A stretch of DNA of 63,765 nt, counting the filler, from Parasitella parasitica NRRL 2501 (Eukaryota; Fungi; Mucoromycota): NCBI GenBank assembly GCA_025201805.1. It is 12 parts of 12 records of this genome, joined end to end, with 100 filler letters (N's around TTAATTAATTAA, not from the genome) between each part and the next. Parts side by side here need not be neighbours in the genome. Positions count along the whole stretch, not along the records: positions 20,915 to 42,852 come from MU619456.1; positions 42,953 to 46,720 come from MU619379.1; positions 46,821 to 48,254 come from MU619637.1; positions 48,355 to 50,691 come from MU619268.1; 8 more parts are not named here. One strand, 5' to 3'. This document shows positions 36,968-49,056 of this stretch, in pieces (the first letter of the stretch is position 1; each line of letters starts with the position of its first letter). The translations under genes were made by a program, and so were the position numbers. A model generated the notes under the pieces. It had not been told where the DNA came from. It searched no databases and worked only from the letters and a program-made list of their open reading frames with translations.

Positions 36968-37951
36968 ATGCATAGTAACAATAGTAGTCGCAGTTATCTA
37001 TCAGATCAACATCTGATCTTTGTCAATGATAACAACAACAAAGACATCCTAAAGGTTTGCACTGGGAGATTTTTTACTATAAATATCAAATTAACGCGCA
37101 TTTACTAGCATCTGGAATCTTTAAGGACTCGTTTAGGATTTGCTCGGTTCAAGCTTCGAAATGGCTGGGAAAAAAACTCTTTAGGAGACGTTGAATGCTT
37201 TTGGAAACAGAGACAACGTCAATTGATCAAAGAAATTCCTATACCTCGATTTACACAACAAGATATCATTGATAAACGATCTTACATACCCGCTTCTAAT
37301 GTTAGATACGCTAAATCTAAACGACCCAAGCATCGACCTCGCTCAAATGCACAACAAAAAACGTATGCCGACCAACAGAAAACTGCAGACCCTCAAAGTC
37401 ATGATAATGTAAATTTTGATTCGCAGCAATCATCACAGCAAACGTATTTTTTTCATCATTATGACAAAGACATTTGGAGCGATAAAAAGTCTGCTACCTG
37501 TTCTCAAGAATCATCATCTTCAGCAAACGCCCGAAACCATTCCATTTCATCGTTTAATGCTTCATATGTCCCTAATGATTTGAACGTTGAACCATCCAAA
37601 GTTAGAAACTCTTTGGACTATTTGTCATACGCTATTGCAATGACAGAGAGAGGACACTCGCCAACTAGTAACTCTCAGCAACGAGACAGTAACCATCAAA
37701 TCCCTAAAGAACCGACACTACTCGAAGACGATGGAGACGAAGATGAAGATACAGATATTAATTTGAGAGATGATGTGATGAGCCCTGATTGGAGCAGAAC
37801 AAGTCAACTTCGATTATCGCTATCGATCCCAAATCAACTGGTAGAAGAAGAAAGCAAACGTCCTCCAGTATCCCCCACATCAGCAACAAATGCAGCTGCT
37901 CAAGCCATGTTGATGTTTGTAACGAGAGAACATGACCAACACGATCATTAA
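36968..37951 (+). CDS. Whi5/Nrm1-like protein (GTB-like motif), 2 exons
   Basis: ATG 36968; intron ~37054-37108; LRTRLGFARFKLRNGWEKNSLGDVE resembles the G1/S transcription-factor-binding motif; the rest is low-complexity with SP sites. Confidence 0.6.
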
Positions 37952-38895
37952 CTAATTAAAAAAAAAGCCCATCTATTCCTACATAACCGTCTCCCTTTTC
38001 TTGTAATATAAATAAAAATCTACATACTTATATCAAATTACAATAGATCCGTGCACGTCCTTTTCCACTGTACATTTTGTATTACTTAAACAAAACACTA
38101 TAACAATTAATAATGTTCGGCAGTTTATCAACCCATCAAAAACAATCCTATAAATTTGTACTGATTCGGATGGGTATAATAAGCTGGATACTAGCTTTAT
38201 TACAAATTAATACATTCCATGATTCATGATACCGCGCCTATAACATAAGATATATATCAACCTTTAGCTATTGTAAAAACAATCAATGGACGACATATTC
38301 GATGCGTTATGCAGTGGGCAAAATTTATCAATCTTTCCTAAAACAGACATACGATCAACACTCTGTGTGTTTCAAAAAATGGGAAATTTTCAAATTATTG
38401 AGACAATAATATAATTGAGCGTTAGTATAGTACTAATATTCATCCTTTTTTCAAGTATACTTACGCAGACTAACCGTCGCGAGTTTTTGATATTCGATTT
38501 TTTAATGGAATTTTTTAGAATGTTCATTGAGAACCCCTATCATTGCCAGAACCTGAATGTTGTGTGCAGCGTTCACATCTCATTGCCATACACGTCCACA
38601 GTTTTTACAGAATAGGGCCGAATGCAAATTAGATGCTTCGCTACTCCAAAGCTTTAGAGTTCCAAGTTTGTGCATAGAATAAACTTGATTCACTTGGTCA
38701 AAAGAGTTTTTCCTGTACACAAGTAATGGTTTGAATACCATAATCTTACACTTAACGCCTTCGTCGCAATGTGATTTCACTCAAAATCCAAAATCTAGTT
38801 TCCTATCATGCTTACTTTACGCATGGTTTTATTATGTTCTTTATGCTCTTTAAATTTCGGTAATCACACCCCTATCGACCTTGATTATTAGCATC

Positions 38896-39104
38896 CGTTG
38901 TACCAGCAAGGCATGAGATTAAGCAATTATTAGATTGGTAATTCTTTGTATACAATGACAAGGAATAAGCTATTGATGTAGAATATAACATGGAATTAAC
39001 TTGGAATTACACACCAAGTTCAACGTTTAACCATGATTACAATAGATATAATCTAGTATAAAAAGTCATACTTTTTTTGAGCAGGTTATATTCTGCGCAT
39101 AACA
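38896..39104. mobile_element. Diverged LTR family C copy (inverted, internally shorter)
   Basis: Reverse complement matches 16785-17075 (GGCATGAGATTAAGCAATTATTAGATTGG..CTGCGCATAACA); no intact TSD. Confidence 0.75.
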
Positions 39105-40796
39105 TATTTCACAGAACCTTTTTTTTGTAATCAGATGTTCTTGTTCATATCTTTTTCTTCTATTAGCAAATAGCAAAATGATGGCACGTTTTCACTTGTT
39201 AACAAATGAAATAGTACAAAACTAACCATTTATTGCGTAGACTATTCAAAACTATATAAGGTGCTATTGGCAAGATCATCATAACTTAATAGATCTATTT
39301 GATGAAGAATGTATTGAGAGGAGATATTGGGGAAGACTTCATACGCGCTTTAATTGAACTAGGCAATAGTAATGATATCTCATGAGCTAAGAGCTTGGTG
39401 TAAAAGGTTGAACAAGAGGGGTTTAAGGTATACACACACATATATATGTATTTGTATCATATATAATCAACTTTTCTAGACTTGAATATCCGTTTTTTAA
39501 TTATTTAAACCCGATAAGCTTATGGTATATTGGAGAGATAATATGACGGTGTCTGCTGAAATTAATGACGATATCTGGAATATTGAATCAACATTCAAAG
39601 AAAGTAAAATAAAACATAAAAGAAACGCAAAGATCTCAACGGAGACCCTAAGATCCATGCTGCGCAGTAATGACGATGTCGACCCTTATCTCCCGCCAAT
39701 TGTAAGTTAAATGTTAACTAATATGAAGGCATCGAGGTTATGAATACTAATCAACATATGCATACAAATATACCTTTTATATAAATAAGGAACAAGATAA
39801 AATCTTGTTTGGATCGAAGAGCCCTGGTACCCTGGTACCATAATGAAACAATATGCTGAGAGCAAACTTAACGACTATTGCAGTCTTTCAGATGGAGAAA
39901 AGTACAGGGTTGGGTAGATGCTTGATATACAATAATGAGTGATAACTAATATTGATAACTAATAAATTGGTTTATCATGATGTTAAGACTATGTGCCATT
40001 GGCATTTTGAATGTTTCGGACACAACAAATGATTCACAAAAGGCACTTTTTACAAATTAAAAGAGTGGGACATCATTGTAGCAAAATACTCAAAAATCCC
40101 CAAGCTTCATAAGCTTAAAAAAATTGAATGAAAAGCTACAGCCCATCAACAAGGTAAATAATACAATTAAGAATGAAAGCAAACACAAATATATTAACTT
40201 TGTTGTTTACATATAATAGATTTTGATCTCTCATGATATCAAAGCGGCTCATCATAAAAGCAAGATCCCTTGAGATCAGTAACTTGAATATTTTTGGTGA
40301 GAAGATGATATATGTGTAATGATTCACATTACATGATGTCTCATTTTACTTGAAACATCCAATTGTTATAAATAGGTTCAACTTTTACCAGATATTGGAA
40401 CGCTAGTGAATATATCTGTAACAGCTATTATAGTTTATTACCATAAACATTTCTCATATACTAGCAAATATATTATCTACAAATCATCTTTATCACTGCA
40501 AACCTGATCTGTCACTACCGATCGTTGTTTACATATAAGTTTATAGTTCATATAAACATCGCCGCATTGCTGTCAATTACTTCTTGTCCAATAATAGCTA
40601 CATATTATTATATAGTAAGTAATAACCCTGATAGCAATGTCAACAATTAGATACACCAACCGTCCATTAACATAGTACATCATTCTACCCATACTACTAG
40701 ATAATTGTACTCCATCACATTTTTCCAAGTGCACACAAATTCTGTGTGCAAATGACACCCTAATTATGCTGCTTAGTAATAATTAAAAAAATACAT

Positions 40797-40969
40797 TGTC
40801 GAGTGCAGAGATGTGTTAGTTTTGTGATGTTTTGGTAAGTGTATATAAAGTATAAAGTACGAGATGAAAGATATGTCTTGAGCAGAGATGGGATTATTAT
40901 ACAGTAAGATATAATTATAAGATATTTTATGAGATAAAAAGATAACGTTTATTGTTTTGTACTTTGACA
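40797..40969 (-). mobile_element. LTR-like family E copy
   Basis: TGTC...GACA termini; similar to 43867-43965 and, inverted, to 44779-44869, which is followed by a PBS-like site and gag. Confidence 0.65.
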
Positions 40970-41099
40970 GATATTTATATATTGATTAAAAAGTTACACA
41001 CAAGGTCAGTGAGAATCTGACAATAACTAAAAGTGTTACACACAAAGTCTGTGTGTACCTGACAACATAAACGTCTCACGTTAAAAATGATTAAAAATT

Positions 41100-41172
41100 T
41101 GCCTGTTAACAGAATTGAACTGCTGACCTTCTGCTTACTAGGCAGACGCTCTGCCAACTGAGCCAAACAGGC
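41100..41172 (-). tRNA. tRNA-Thr(AGT)
   Basis: GCCTGTT/AACAGGC acceptor; D-arm GCTC/GAGC; anticodon arm TCTGC-CTAGTAA-GCAGA; T-loop TTCAATT; T-run downstream; 73 nt. Confidence 0.88.
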
Positions 41173-42248
41173 CTGAGTGTTAATAATGCGAGTGCAAAAG
41201 GCTTCTGTACAATTACCTTTTTTTTGAGATTTGAATTGAAAATTACCATATTCCTGAACGGACTTTGCAAAAAGTGAATCAATGTTTTCGATGTTATATA
41301 TCACACCAAAACCGTTCTCAAGCCCATATTGCTTAGATAGAACAGGGGCTTTTTTTCGTCTAAATAATTTATATCATACTTTATCTATTTGAATTATATT
41401 GCTGAGAGATTCTACACAACAAATCAATAATTCATGTTGTGCCAGTGTCAAAGGGCGCAGCGTAATGTTATGTAAATAAGATTTGTATAAAGTAATAAAG
41501 ACTTTCTGAATAAAACCAGATACAAAACTGAAGACTTTTATTGACATAAGATATNNNNNNNNNNNNNNNNNNNNNNNNNNNNNNNNNNNNNNNNNNNNNN
41601 NNNNNNNNNNNNNNNNNNNNNNNNNNNNNNNNNNNNNNNNNNNNNNNNNNNNNNNNNNNNNNNNNNNNNNNNNNNNNNNNNNNNNNNNNNNNNNNNNNNN
41701 NNNNNNNNNNNNNNNNNNNNNNNNNNNNNNNNNNNNNNNNNNNNNNNNNNNNNNNNNNNNNNNNNNNNNNNNNNNNNNNNNNNNNNNNNNNNNNNNNNNN
41801 NNNNNNNNNNNNNNNNNNNNNNNNNNNNNNNNNNNNNNNNNNNNNNNNNNNNNNNNNNNNNNNNNNNNNNNNNNNNNNNNNNNNNNNNNNNNNNNNNNNN
41901 NNNNNNNNNNNNNNNNNNNNNNNNNNNNNNNNNNNNNNNNNNNNNNNNNNNNNNNNNNNNNNNNNNNNNNNNNNNNNNNNNNNNNNNNNNNNNNNNNNNN
42001 NNNNNNNNNNNNNNNNNNNNNNNNNNNNNNNNNNNNNNNNNNNNNNNNNNNNNNNNNNNNNNNNNNNNNNNNNNNNNNNNNNNNNNNNNNNNNNNNNNNN
42101 NNNNNNNNNNNNNNNNNNNNNNNNNNNNNNNNNNNNNNNNNNNNNNNNNNNNNNNNNNNNNNNNNNNNNNNNNNNNNNNNNNNNNNNNNNNNNNNNNNNN
42201 NNNNNNNNNNNNNNNNNNNNNNNNNNNNNNNNNNNNNNNNNNNNNNNN

Positions 42249-42852
42249 TTTTTCGTTCTTTGCGAGTAGCAGCTGCTTTTAGATTAACTGTTTTTGGAGC
42301 TAATCGACGTTTACCAATAGCTTGAGCACCATCTCGTCTACCCCAGTATAATTCAATATGTTTAGTAGAATCGAAACTTTCAACAGGCTCCCAAGTATGT
42401 TCAATCGGATCATCGTATCCTTTCCAATGCACCTTGTATAAATAGTTACCGGGAGTACCTTTATGATCAAGAACAGCTTGAATTTCATAATGTTCATTAC
42501 AAAAGACATCAGCCGTCGTAGGTTTAGGATTCACAGCAGCATTATAAACAATTTGGTGAGTGGGGACATCTCGACTGAGTAAAGCGCCTGTCTTATCCAT
42601 TAAAGTATAAGCACCATTATCAGTTACATTGTGGATTAAATAGGGTCCCTCATACCGTTCATCTAATTTGTTTTGACGATGCACATTTTTGATCATCACT
42701 TTACTTCCAATAGGATATGGAGTTGTAACAATCTTATGCTTCTTTGCAAATTCACCATGATCAGCTTTCTGAGTTTCCACTATACGTTTGGAAATAGCAG
42801 GGATGAGGACATCTTGAACAAATTGGTAACGTTCATTGATAATCTTTTCATC
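42249..42852 (-). mobile_element. Ty3/gypsy chromovirus integrase C-terminus (GPY/F motif + chromodomain), gap-bounded
   Basis: YPIGSKVMIK..KLDERYEGPYLI..GAYTL; YEIQAVLDHK..YKVHWKGYD..TWEP. Confidence 0.9.
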
Positions 42853-42952
42853 NNNNNNNNNNNNNNNNNNNNNNNNNNNNNNNNNNNNNNNNNNNNTTAA
42901 TTAATTAANNNNNNNNNNNNNNNNNNNNNNNNNNNNNNNNNNNNNNNNNNNN

Positions 42953-43448
42953 CGTGATTAATAACGTTATCTGCACATGTCTTTGTCCAGATTTCAAAAA
43001 AACACAAATTGCTTGCAAACATATGTGTCTACTTAGGAGATACACCTCTATGCCTTTGAAGATTGAAGTGGGCGTTAGCAATGGACTGGAGCTTGAGCAA
43101 CATACTCGACACGATTCTGAAGAAGAGAACAACAGTAAGTAGTTTTAGAAGTTGCATCTTACAAAATACTTGTAGACTAAAACTTAATTAGACATTAACG
43201 TAGAAGATAACCCAGAAGAAGAGGCCACTATCTTAAGAAATTCTGCTGCTATTGACATGGCTTTGTCACGAATTATTGCCTTACATCATAGTAAGCGTGA
43301 TGTAGAAAAATTCAAAATGATACCTGGAAATGACGCAGCAAAGTTGGAAACTTTGAATTCAGCAATCCAAAGTGCACTTGATCAGATTGAAAGCATTAGG
43401 AACAACCATCCTAGTTTCTTTCGTAGACAAAACCGTCAGTGGAACTAA
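42953..43448 (+). mobile_element. SWIM zinc-finger C-terminus, probable MULE transposase fragment
   Basis: CLCPDFKKTQIACKH (CxC-x8-CKH); one intron; stop at 43448. Confidence 0.65.
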
Positions 43449-43679
43449 ACGTGATAAAAAATTACAAAAACTTGAAGTAAAAGAAAATAAAGAATTTTTT
43501 GCTTATTTGGAATAGATAACTTATGGTTTATGGTTTAACGATGAAGACAAAGTCTTAACAGTCTCGTCCTTTTCAAACATTTATCCGACGACAGAAAATA
43601 AGGGGATCCTAAAAAACATCCTATTTACCATAATAATATTTGATATTAAAATATACATTTAATTTTGAAATTATTAATT

Positions 43680-43752
43680 GGGGGGTTAGCTTAATTGGTA
43701 GAGCGTCAGATTCCAAATCTGAAGGTCAAGAGTTCAATTCTCTTACTCCTCA
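43680..43752 (+). tRNA. tRNA-Trp(CCA)
   Basis: GGGGGGT/ACTCCTC acceptor (two G-U pairs); anticodon arm TCAGA-TTCCAAA-TCTGA; T-arm AAGAG-TTCAATT-CTCTT; TTTTT terminator. Confidence 0.88.
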
Positions 43753-43965
43753 AATTTTTAAAACTAAAAAGTGGTGTTTTTAGTGTTTTTGATGGGCTTT
43801 GAGCAACTGTCAGGTTCACACTGACCTTGTGTGTGGCCTTTTAGTCAATATAAATATCTATCGACGTGTCGTGTGCAGAGATGTGTTAGTTTTGTGCTGT
43901 TTTATTAAGTGTATGTAAAATATGAGTAAGAGATGAAAGATAGATGATCTTTATTCTTTTGTATT

Positions 43966-44721
43966 TGTGAAATACATTCACCATGATAATCTGCATTCCA
44001 CTTCTAGATTCATCCAGTTACCTTAAATTGATATAAACTACATATGCGCACAGATAATAAGATGTGCAATACAGATTTATACTATATAAGATATAAGCTA
44101 GAGATGGCACCATTAGGATGGATGACGCTATAGACTGATACTTATATCTCGACACGAGCCTTAGACATTTACTAGATTTAGTAGATGCTACGAGCTTATG
44201 CTATATAAGATCTATGCTTCAGATGCGTATTCCCAGTTTCTAGATACGCACTACAAGACATATACTTATATCCATGATACTAGCTACAGATACATCATGT
44301 ACTACAGACTTGTACAATATGTGCAATGCTATAGATATGCTTATGACAAGCTATAGACATGCTACATATACCGATATATGCTAAGATGAATACCAAGTGA
44401 TATACACTCAGACATGTACTATTAATATAGACTGGATAAGACTATACAAGGAATGATATACGCTTATGGATCGATATTAATAATCTTCGCATAGAAGATT
44501 GATCAGGGTACTACCTCGGGTAAAGTCTATCTCCTCACTCAAATAGAACATTTATTTACAGTTTAAGTATATAAAGGTTCATCTACCTGGCCAGTAGATG
44601 TACTGGAGCTTTATACACCTGTCGATTTGATAATAAAACCTATACCTTATCAAGTTGACTTATTGTTTTTTTATTATAATTTTTTTCCGTGAATCCATAT
44701 AACAATTTTACCGATTCCACA
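43966..44721 (+). mobile_element. Solo LTR family A (756 bp)
   Basis: TGTGAAAT...ATTCCACA termini; TSD GTATT at 43961-43965 and 44722-44726; TATATAAA at ~44568 and AATAAA at ~44632. Confidence 0.9.
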
Positions 44722-44778
44722 GTATTCAATTGATATTTATAATAACTAAAAGTGTTACACACAAATTCTATGTGTACC

Positions 44779-45480
44779 TGACAGACGTACAAAAGAATAA
44801 AGGGTATCTTTTTATCTCTTAAATATGTTATACTTATATCTTATAATAATTTCATCTCTGCTCACGACATTTGGTAGCATCTGTGCCAATTGATCGTTTT
44901 ACTACTACTGTTTATACTATTTAGTGAATGTCCTATAGATCTGAAGAGACATTCAGGGAATTGAAGAATCAATTTGAAATTGAAGAAAGAATTGCTCAAC
45001 AGCTGGAACATCAAGATATTAAATATTTTAACAGCCATTTGAGAAAGACAAGCATTGGAGAAATTTCTGAGGAAACAAGACTAAAATCAACTCCTAAAAG
45101 AGAAGCTCATTGGAACGAATTGGCAAGATTTTTTATAAGCAAATATTTTAAAAGAGAATTCAACAGCAACATTGAAAACAACAAAAGTAACTTAAAAAAT
45201 ATGGAAGCAACGGATTCCAGTAACCACAGCGCTATTCTAAAGATCGCTCAAATTCTGAAGGAGGTAATTCTATCCAAACCGACACGCAACGACCACTTTG
45301 ATTTCTTGGAGAAACCAAAATCATATGATGAAACCAGGAATCCGCATGTCATTCCATTCGATTGAAGATTATTGTAATCTCAAAGAAATTCCAGACGACA
45401 AGATTGTTGTATCCATAGAATACCATAATTACCACTATTTCAACTCAGTTGTCATGGCAACCGTTCCTGATCGGATCTAA
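44779..45480 (+). mobile_element. 5' end of a decayed Ty3/gypsy element: LTR E, PBS-like site, gag remnant
   Basis: LTR ends ..CACGACA (44869); TGGTAGC at 44872; ORF from 44928 with KPKSYD.TRNPHVI, frameshifted to HSIEDYCNLKEIPDDK (gag-like). Confidence 0.65.
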
Positions 45481-45770
45481 GGTTAAATGGCATCGATTAT
45501 TCTATCTAGTAAATACTGTAGAAGTATTCAATATATAATAGAATTTCTTGTGTAAGAAACCATCTATTTGGGTTCTACTTATTCTAAATTGCGAAGCTCA
45601 ACTTATCGATGAATGATTCTCGTTCATAACGATTAGCTGATTAAATATAGAAATAGGTCTTGCTCTGACTACTACTGTGTTATAATCTTGTTGACAATTA
45701 AATGTCAAACATGACCTGATTGTATTTTATAGATTGATTTAGATAGATTTATTCTAATATAAATAGACAG

Positions 45771-46028
45771 TGATTTATCAGAAAAGTTCAAGTAGAGATT
45801 AATCAGGTGGTAAAGATCCGTTTATTACATTCAAAAATAGAGGGTTTATATACTTTCTATGAACTGAGGGAAGCGATGTGAGGATAAAGGTTTTAGTGAT
45901 GAGATCAGGGAGATAGGGTAGATTGTATCTATCCCAAATGTCATGTCATATTATTTTATGATCTGTTGCTTTACTCTTGAGTATGAGTTTATATTATATT
46001 GACATCCGGTTTTAGAATTGATACATCA
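45771..46028 (-). mobile_element. Solo LTR related to family B (258 bp)
   Basis: TGAT...ATCA termini; TSD GACAG at 45766-45770 and 46029-46033; reverse complement starts TGATGTATCAATT..CCGGATGT, like family B. Confidence 0.82.
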
Positions 46029-46956
46029 GACAGCTTCTTGTCAATCAATAAATCAATAGTTTTGTATCTGGTAAACTAAGTCTTTATTACATTCTTATAT
46101 TTTTATATCATATACAATCACCTGCTGTGCTCATTTTCAAGACCTGGCACAACAAAGATGGTGCAATTAAGTGCTACGTTACTTTCGGGTTCTGCCAAAG
46201 TATGTGTAATATCTGAGATTGTGTAACTAAGACTTTCTGAATATAATAAGATAATCCTTTATTTGATAAAATGATATGAGTATTTATACTTTGACTACTC
46301 GGTGGTAGATATCTAATATAGTTATTCGTTGTAGGTATTAAATATAGTATAGCAAAGGATTTGATACTAGAATCGTAATCCTTGAAAGGTACGGCCTTTG
46401 ATCTTAATTAGGTAATTGTCTTGGTACACCTATACGGTTATTACCACAGTATTGATCTGCCATAATTATAGACAGGAGATCATGGCAATGTACTTCAATT
46501 GAAGATTGAAGATTGTCCAATGATGTGATGTGATACGCTTGTGTAAATTGGAGAATAAAGTCTCTGTTTCAAATCAAGAAGGTTATTCCTGTAAGTAACA
46601 CAGATCTGAGCACCAGGATAAAGGTTAAAGCTCTGTCAGATCAAAGACGTGTAGCCCTTGCTGTATAACCTCATATCGTACCCTGTCAAGTAGATTGTCA
46701 CTGTGAATTAGTCTTGTCAANNNNNNNNNNNNNNNNNNNNNNNNNNNNNNNNNNNNNNNNNNNNTTAATTAATTAANNNNNNNNNNNNNNNNNNNNNNNN
46801 NNNNNNNNNNNNNNNNNNNNACAGATAACCTTCCTGATTTGAAACAAAGACTTTATTCTCCTGTTTCGACCAGTATAACAACACATCATTGGACAATCTC
46901 CAATCTTTAATTGAAGTACACTATCATGATCTCCTAACCTACATTATGGCAGATCA

Positions 46957-47325
46957 GAATGATATACGCTTATGGATCGATAATAATAATCTTCGCATAG
47001 AAGATTGATCAGGGTACTACCTCGGGTAAAGTCTATCTCCTCACTCAAACAGATTTAAGTTATCTTGAGTCTGCTGATATATTGGTTAGCACAAAGTTAA
47101 GATGCTAGTTACGCAGTATTGTCGTACATGTTAAATTGCGAGAATAAAACATTTATCCACAGTTTAAGTATATAAAGGTTCATCTACCTGGCCAGTAGAT
47201 GAATTGCAGCTTTATACACCTGTCGATTTGATAATAAGACCTATAACTTTATCAAGTTGACTTTACTGTTTTTTTATTATAATTTTTTTCCGTGAATCCA
47301 TATAACAATTTATACCGATTCCACA
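46957..47325 (+). mobile_element. 3' half of LTR family A
   Basis: Matches 44451-44721 with an extra ~95-nt internal segment; ends ATTCCACA. Confidence 0.82.
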
Positions 47326-47459
47326 ATGTCTTTGCAAACTATTAAGCGATGGAGACACAATTTTCAGCCAAAATATTTCCCGTTTGAACTATTCTACAAT
47401 ATATTCAATTCTCAAACATTTCTGACCATGATTCGGATTCTGCGATGTTTGGACCCCAA

Positions 47460-47767
47460 TGATGTGTCAATTTCCCAACCGGAAGTGAAAATCAAGTAAA
47501 CCCAATCCCGAACACAATTCAGGAACATATCCCAATGGATCATGTTCCTTATTTATAACTCAACATGACATGTTCATGGACGATATATACGATCTATCGT
47601 TCCATTCTCTAAATCGCACCATGTCGCACACTTGTATCTTATCCTCCCATCAGTCCACTTAGATTCACTAGTATATAAACCATCATTTTTTCCATGTAAT
47701 AAACGAGATCTTTACCTGATTAATTCACAACTGTTTTATTTGAATAATTTCTCATTCTAATAAATCA
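47460..47767 (+). mobile_element. Solo LTR family B (308 bp)
   Basis: TGAT...ATCA; TSD CCCAA at 47455-47459 and 47768-47772. Confidence 0.92.
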
Positions 47768-48354
47768 CCCAAACCTCATATTCGATTTTCAATTTTCAAC
47801 TTTGGGTAAATCTTCAGGGTCACTTTTAGGTGGTATGGATTTGGGCTTTAAGGAAAGTATACATCCTTATACCAGTACAATAACTGTATCTCTACACCAC
47901 ACTTTCCGAATTCCAATATCTATTTTATTTAGTTGTCGAGATACTACCAAAGCAAGATCTTGCTGATTTTATAGCAAGTTAGGTAGATAATGATTGATCA
48001 ACACTTAGGTCTATAAAAGTCTCCAGTTGTGTATTTGGAGTTTTTTTCAAAAAGTCTTTATCGCGTTAAAATAACATATTTGCAGAACATTTTGCTGTGC
48101 GCTTTATACTGGGAAAACGGAGATTATCTTCCATATATAAAGAGAAAATCTATTCCAAACTATAAGAGAAAAGATGTTCTCTTAAAAAAGATTATATATA
48201 TAATCGCAGCGATTGCTGTGTCAAACTCAGATTCAGGAACAATTCGAACTGTGTNNNNNNNNNNNNNNNNNNNNNNNNNNNNNNNNNNNNNNNNNNNNTT
48301 AATTAATTAANNNNNNNNNNNNNNNNNNNNNNNNNNNNNNNNNNNNNNNNNNNN

Positions 48355-48597
48355 TACGTGAGTGTGAATATTATTGAGTTGTTTATTGACGTTGTTGATC
48401 TAACGATGGATCAAGGACGGCATTTGAAACATAATTCTTATTCATGCGATTAGGAAGCTTTCATTGTTTGATGAATTGTTCCTTTTCAGGCTTTAGTTTG
48501 TGGCACAACATGCTATTTTGACATAATATGTCGATTTCTATCCCTGCTATATTTGTTTATCTTTGTAGTCATAGCTTCTATTGTTGGGAAGATGACA
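48355..48597. repeat. Dispersed repeat (second copy ~59620-59853)
   Basis: TACGTGAGTGTGAATATTATTGAG...GTTGGGAAGATG is shared; the copies diverge abruptly after that. Confidence 0.85.
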
Positions 48598-48817
48598 ATA
48601 TTTTATGATGGGAATCTAGTCTTGTTCACTTCAATAGGATATCACCACTTTGTATTGGGATAAAGATCCGCCATTCAATGGTACCACTTATGTCTCTTTG
48701 CCATGTCTAAATAAAGTCATTCCATTCTACTACGCATTTCTACTCATGCTCGCTTTATGATGTATTATACAGAGTATAATACATTACCGCTAAGATTTGA
48801 TCTGTATCCTAAACAAA

Positions 48818-49056
48818 ATTGAGAGTAGAGGGTAAGAGTAATGCGCCCACCTCCTTATTCGCAAGAGCTAAACCCAACTGAGCAATTTTGGGCTCTTGAA
48901 AAAGGAAAAAGGAAGCGCCAAAGGTTGATGAATGAAGAAAATATGTCGCAAAGAATTGCAGATGCATGTAACAATGTACGCCTCAGCGATCTCCATGGCT
49001 TCTGTAGACACTCTAAGCGCCAAATTATCAACTGCTATAACAAACTGAACTTCTAA
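48818..49056 (+). mobile_element. Tc1/mariner-IS630 (DDE_3) transposase C-terminal fragment
   Basis: IESRG*RVMRPPPYSQELNPTEQFW matches the LPPYSPELNPIE.FW motif; in-frame stop upstream. Confidence 0.85.

Noticed and set aside
39180-40140. Decayed multi-exon plus-strand gene
   Set aside because: Stops and frameshifts; family not identifiable.
41374-42780. 468-aa ORF in the track
   Set aside because: Reads through ~690 Ns; only the integrase/chromodomain part (42249-42852) is real.
46649-46720. ~70-bp identity with 62676-62747
   Set aside because: Both are contig ends; repeat-induced break or overlap rather than a feature.
46450-46955. Large inverted repeat spanning 46450-46600 and 46825-46955
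   Set aside because: The arms are on different contigs joined by a spacer; just two copies of a dispersed repeat.
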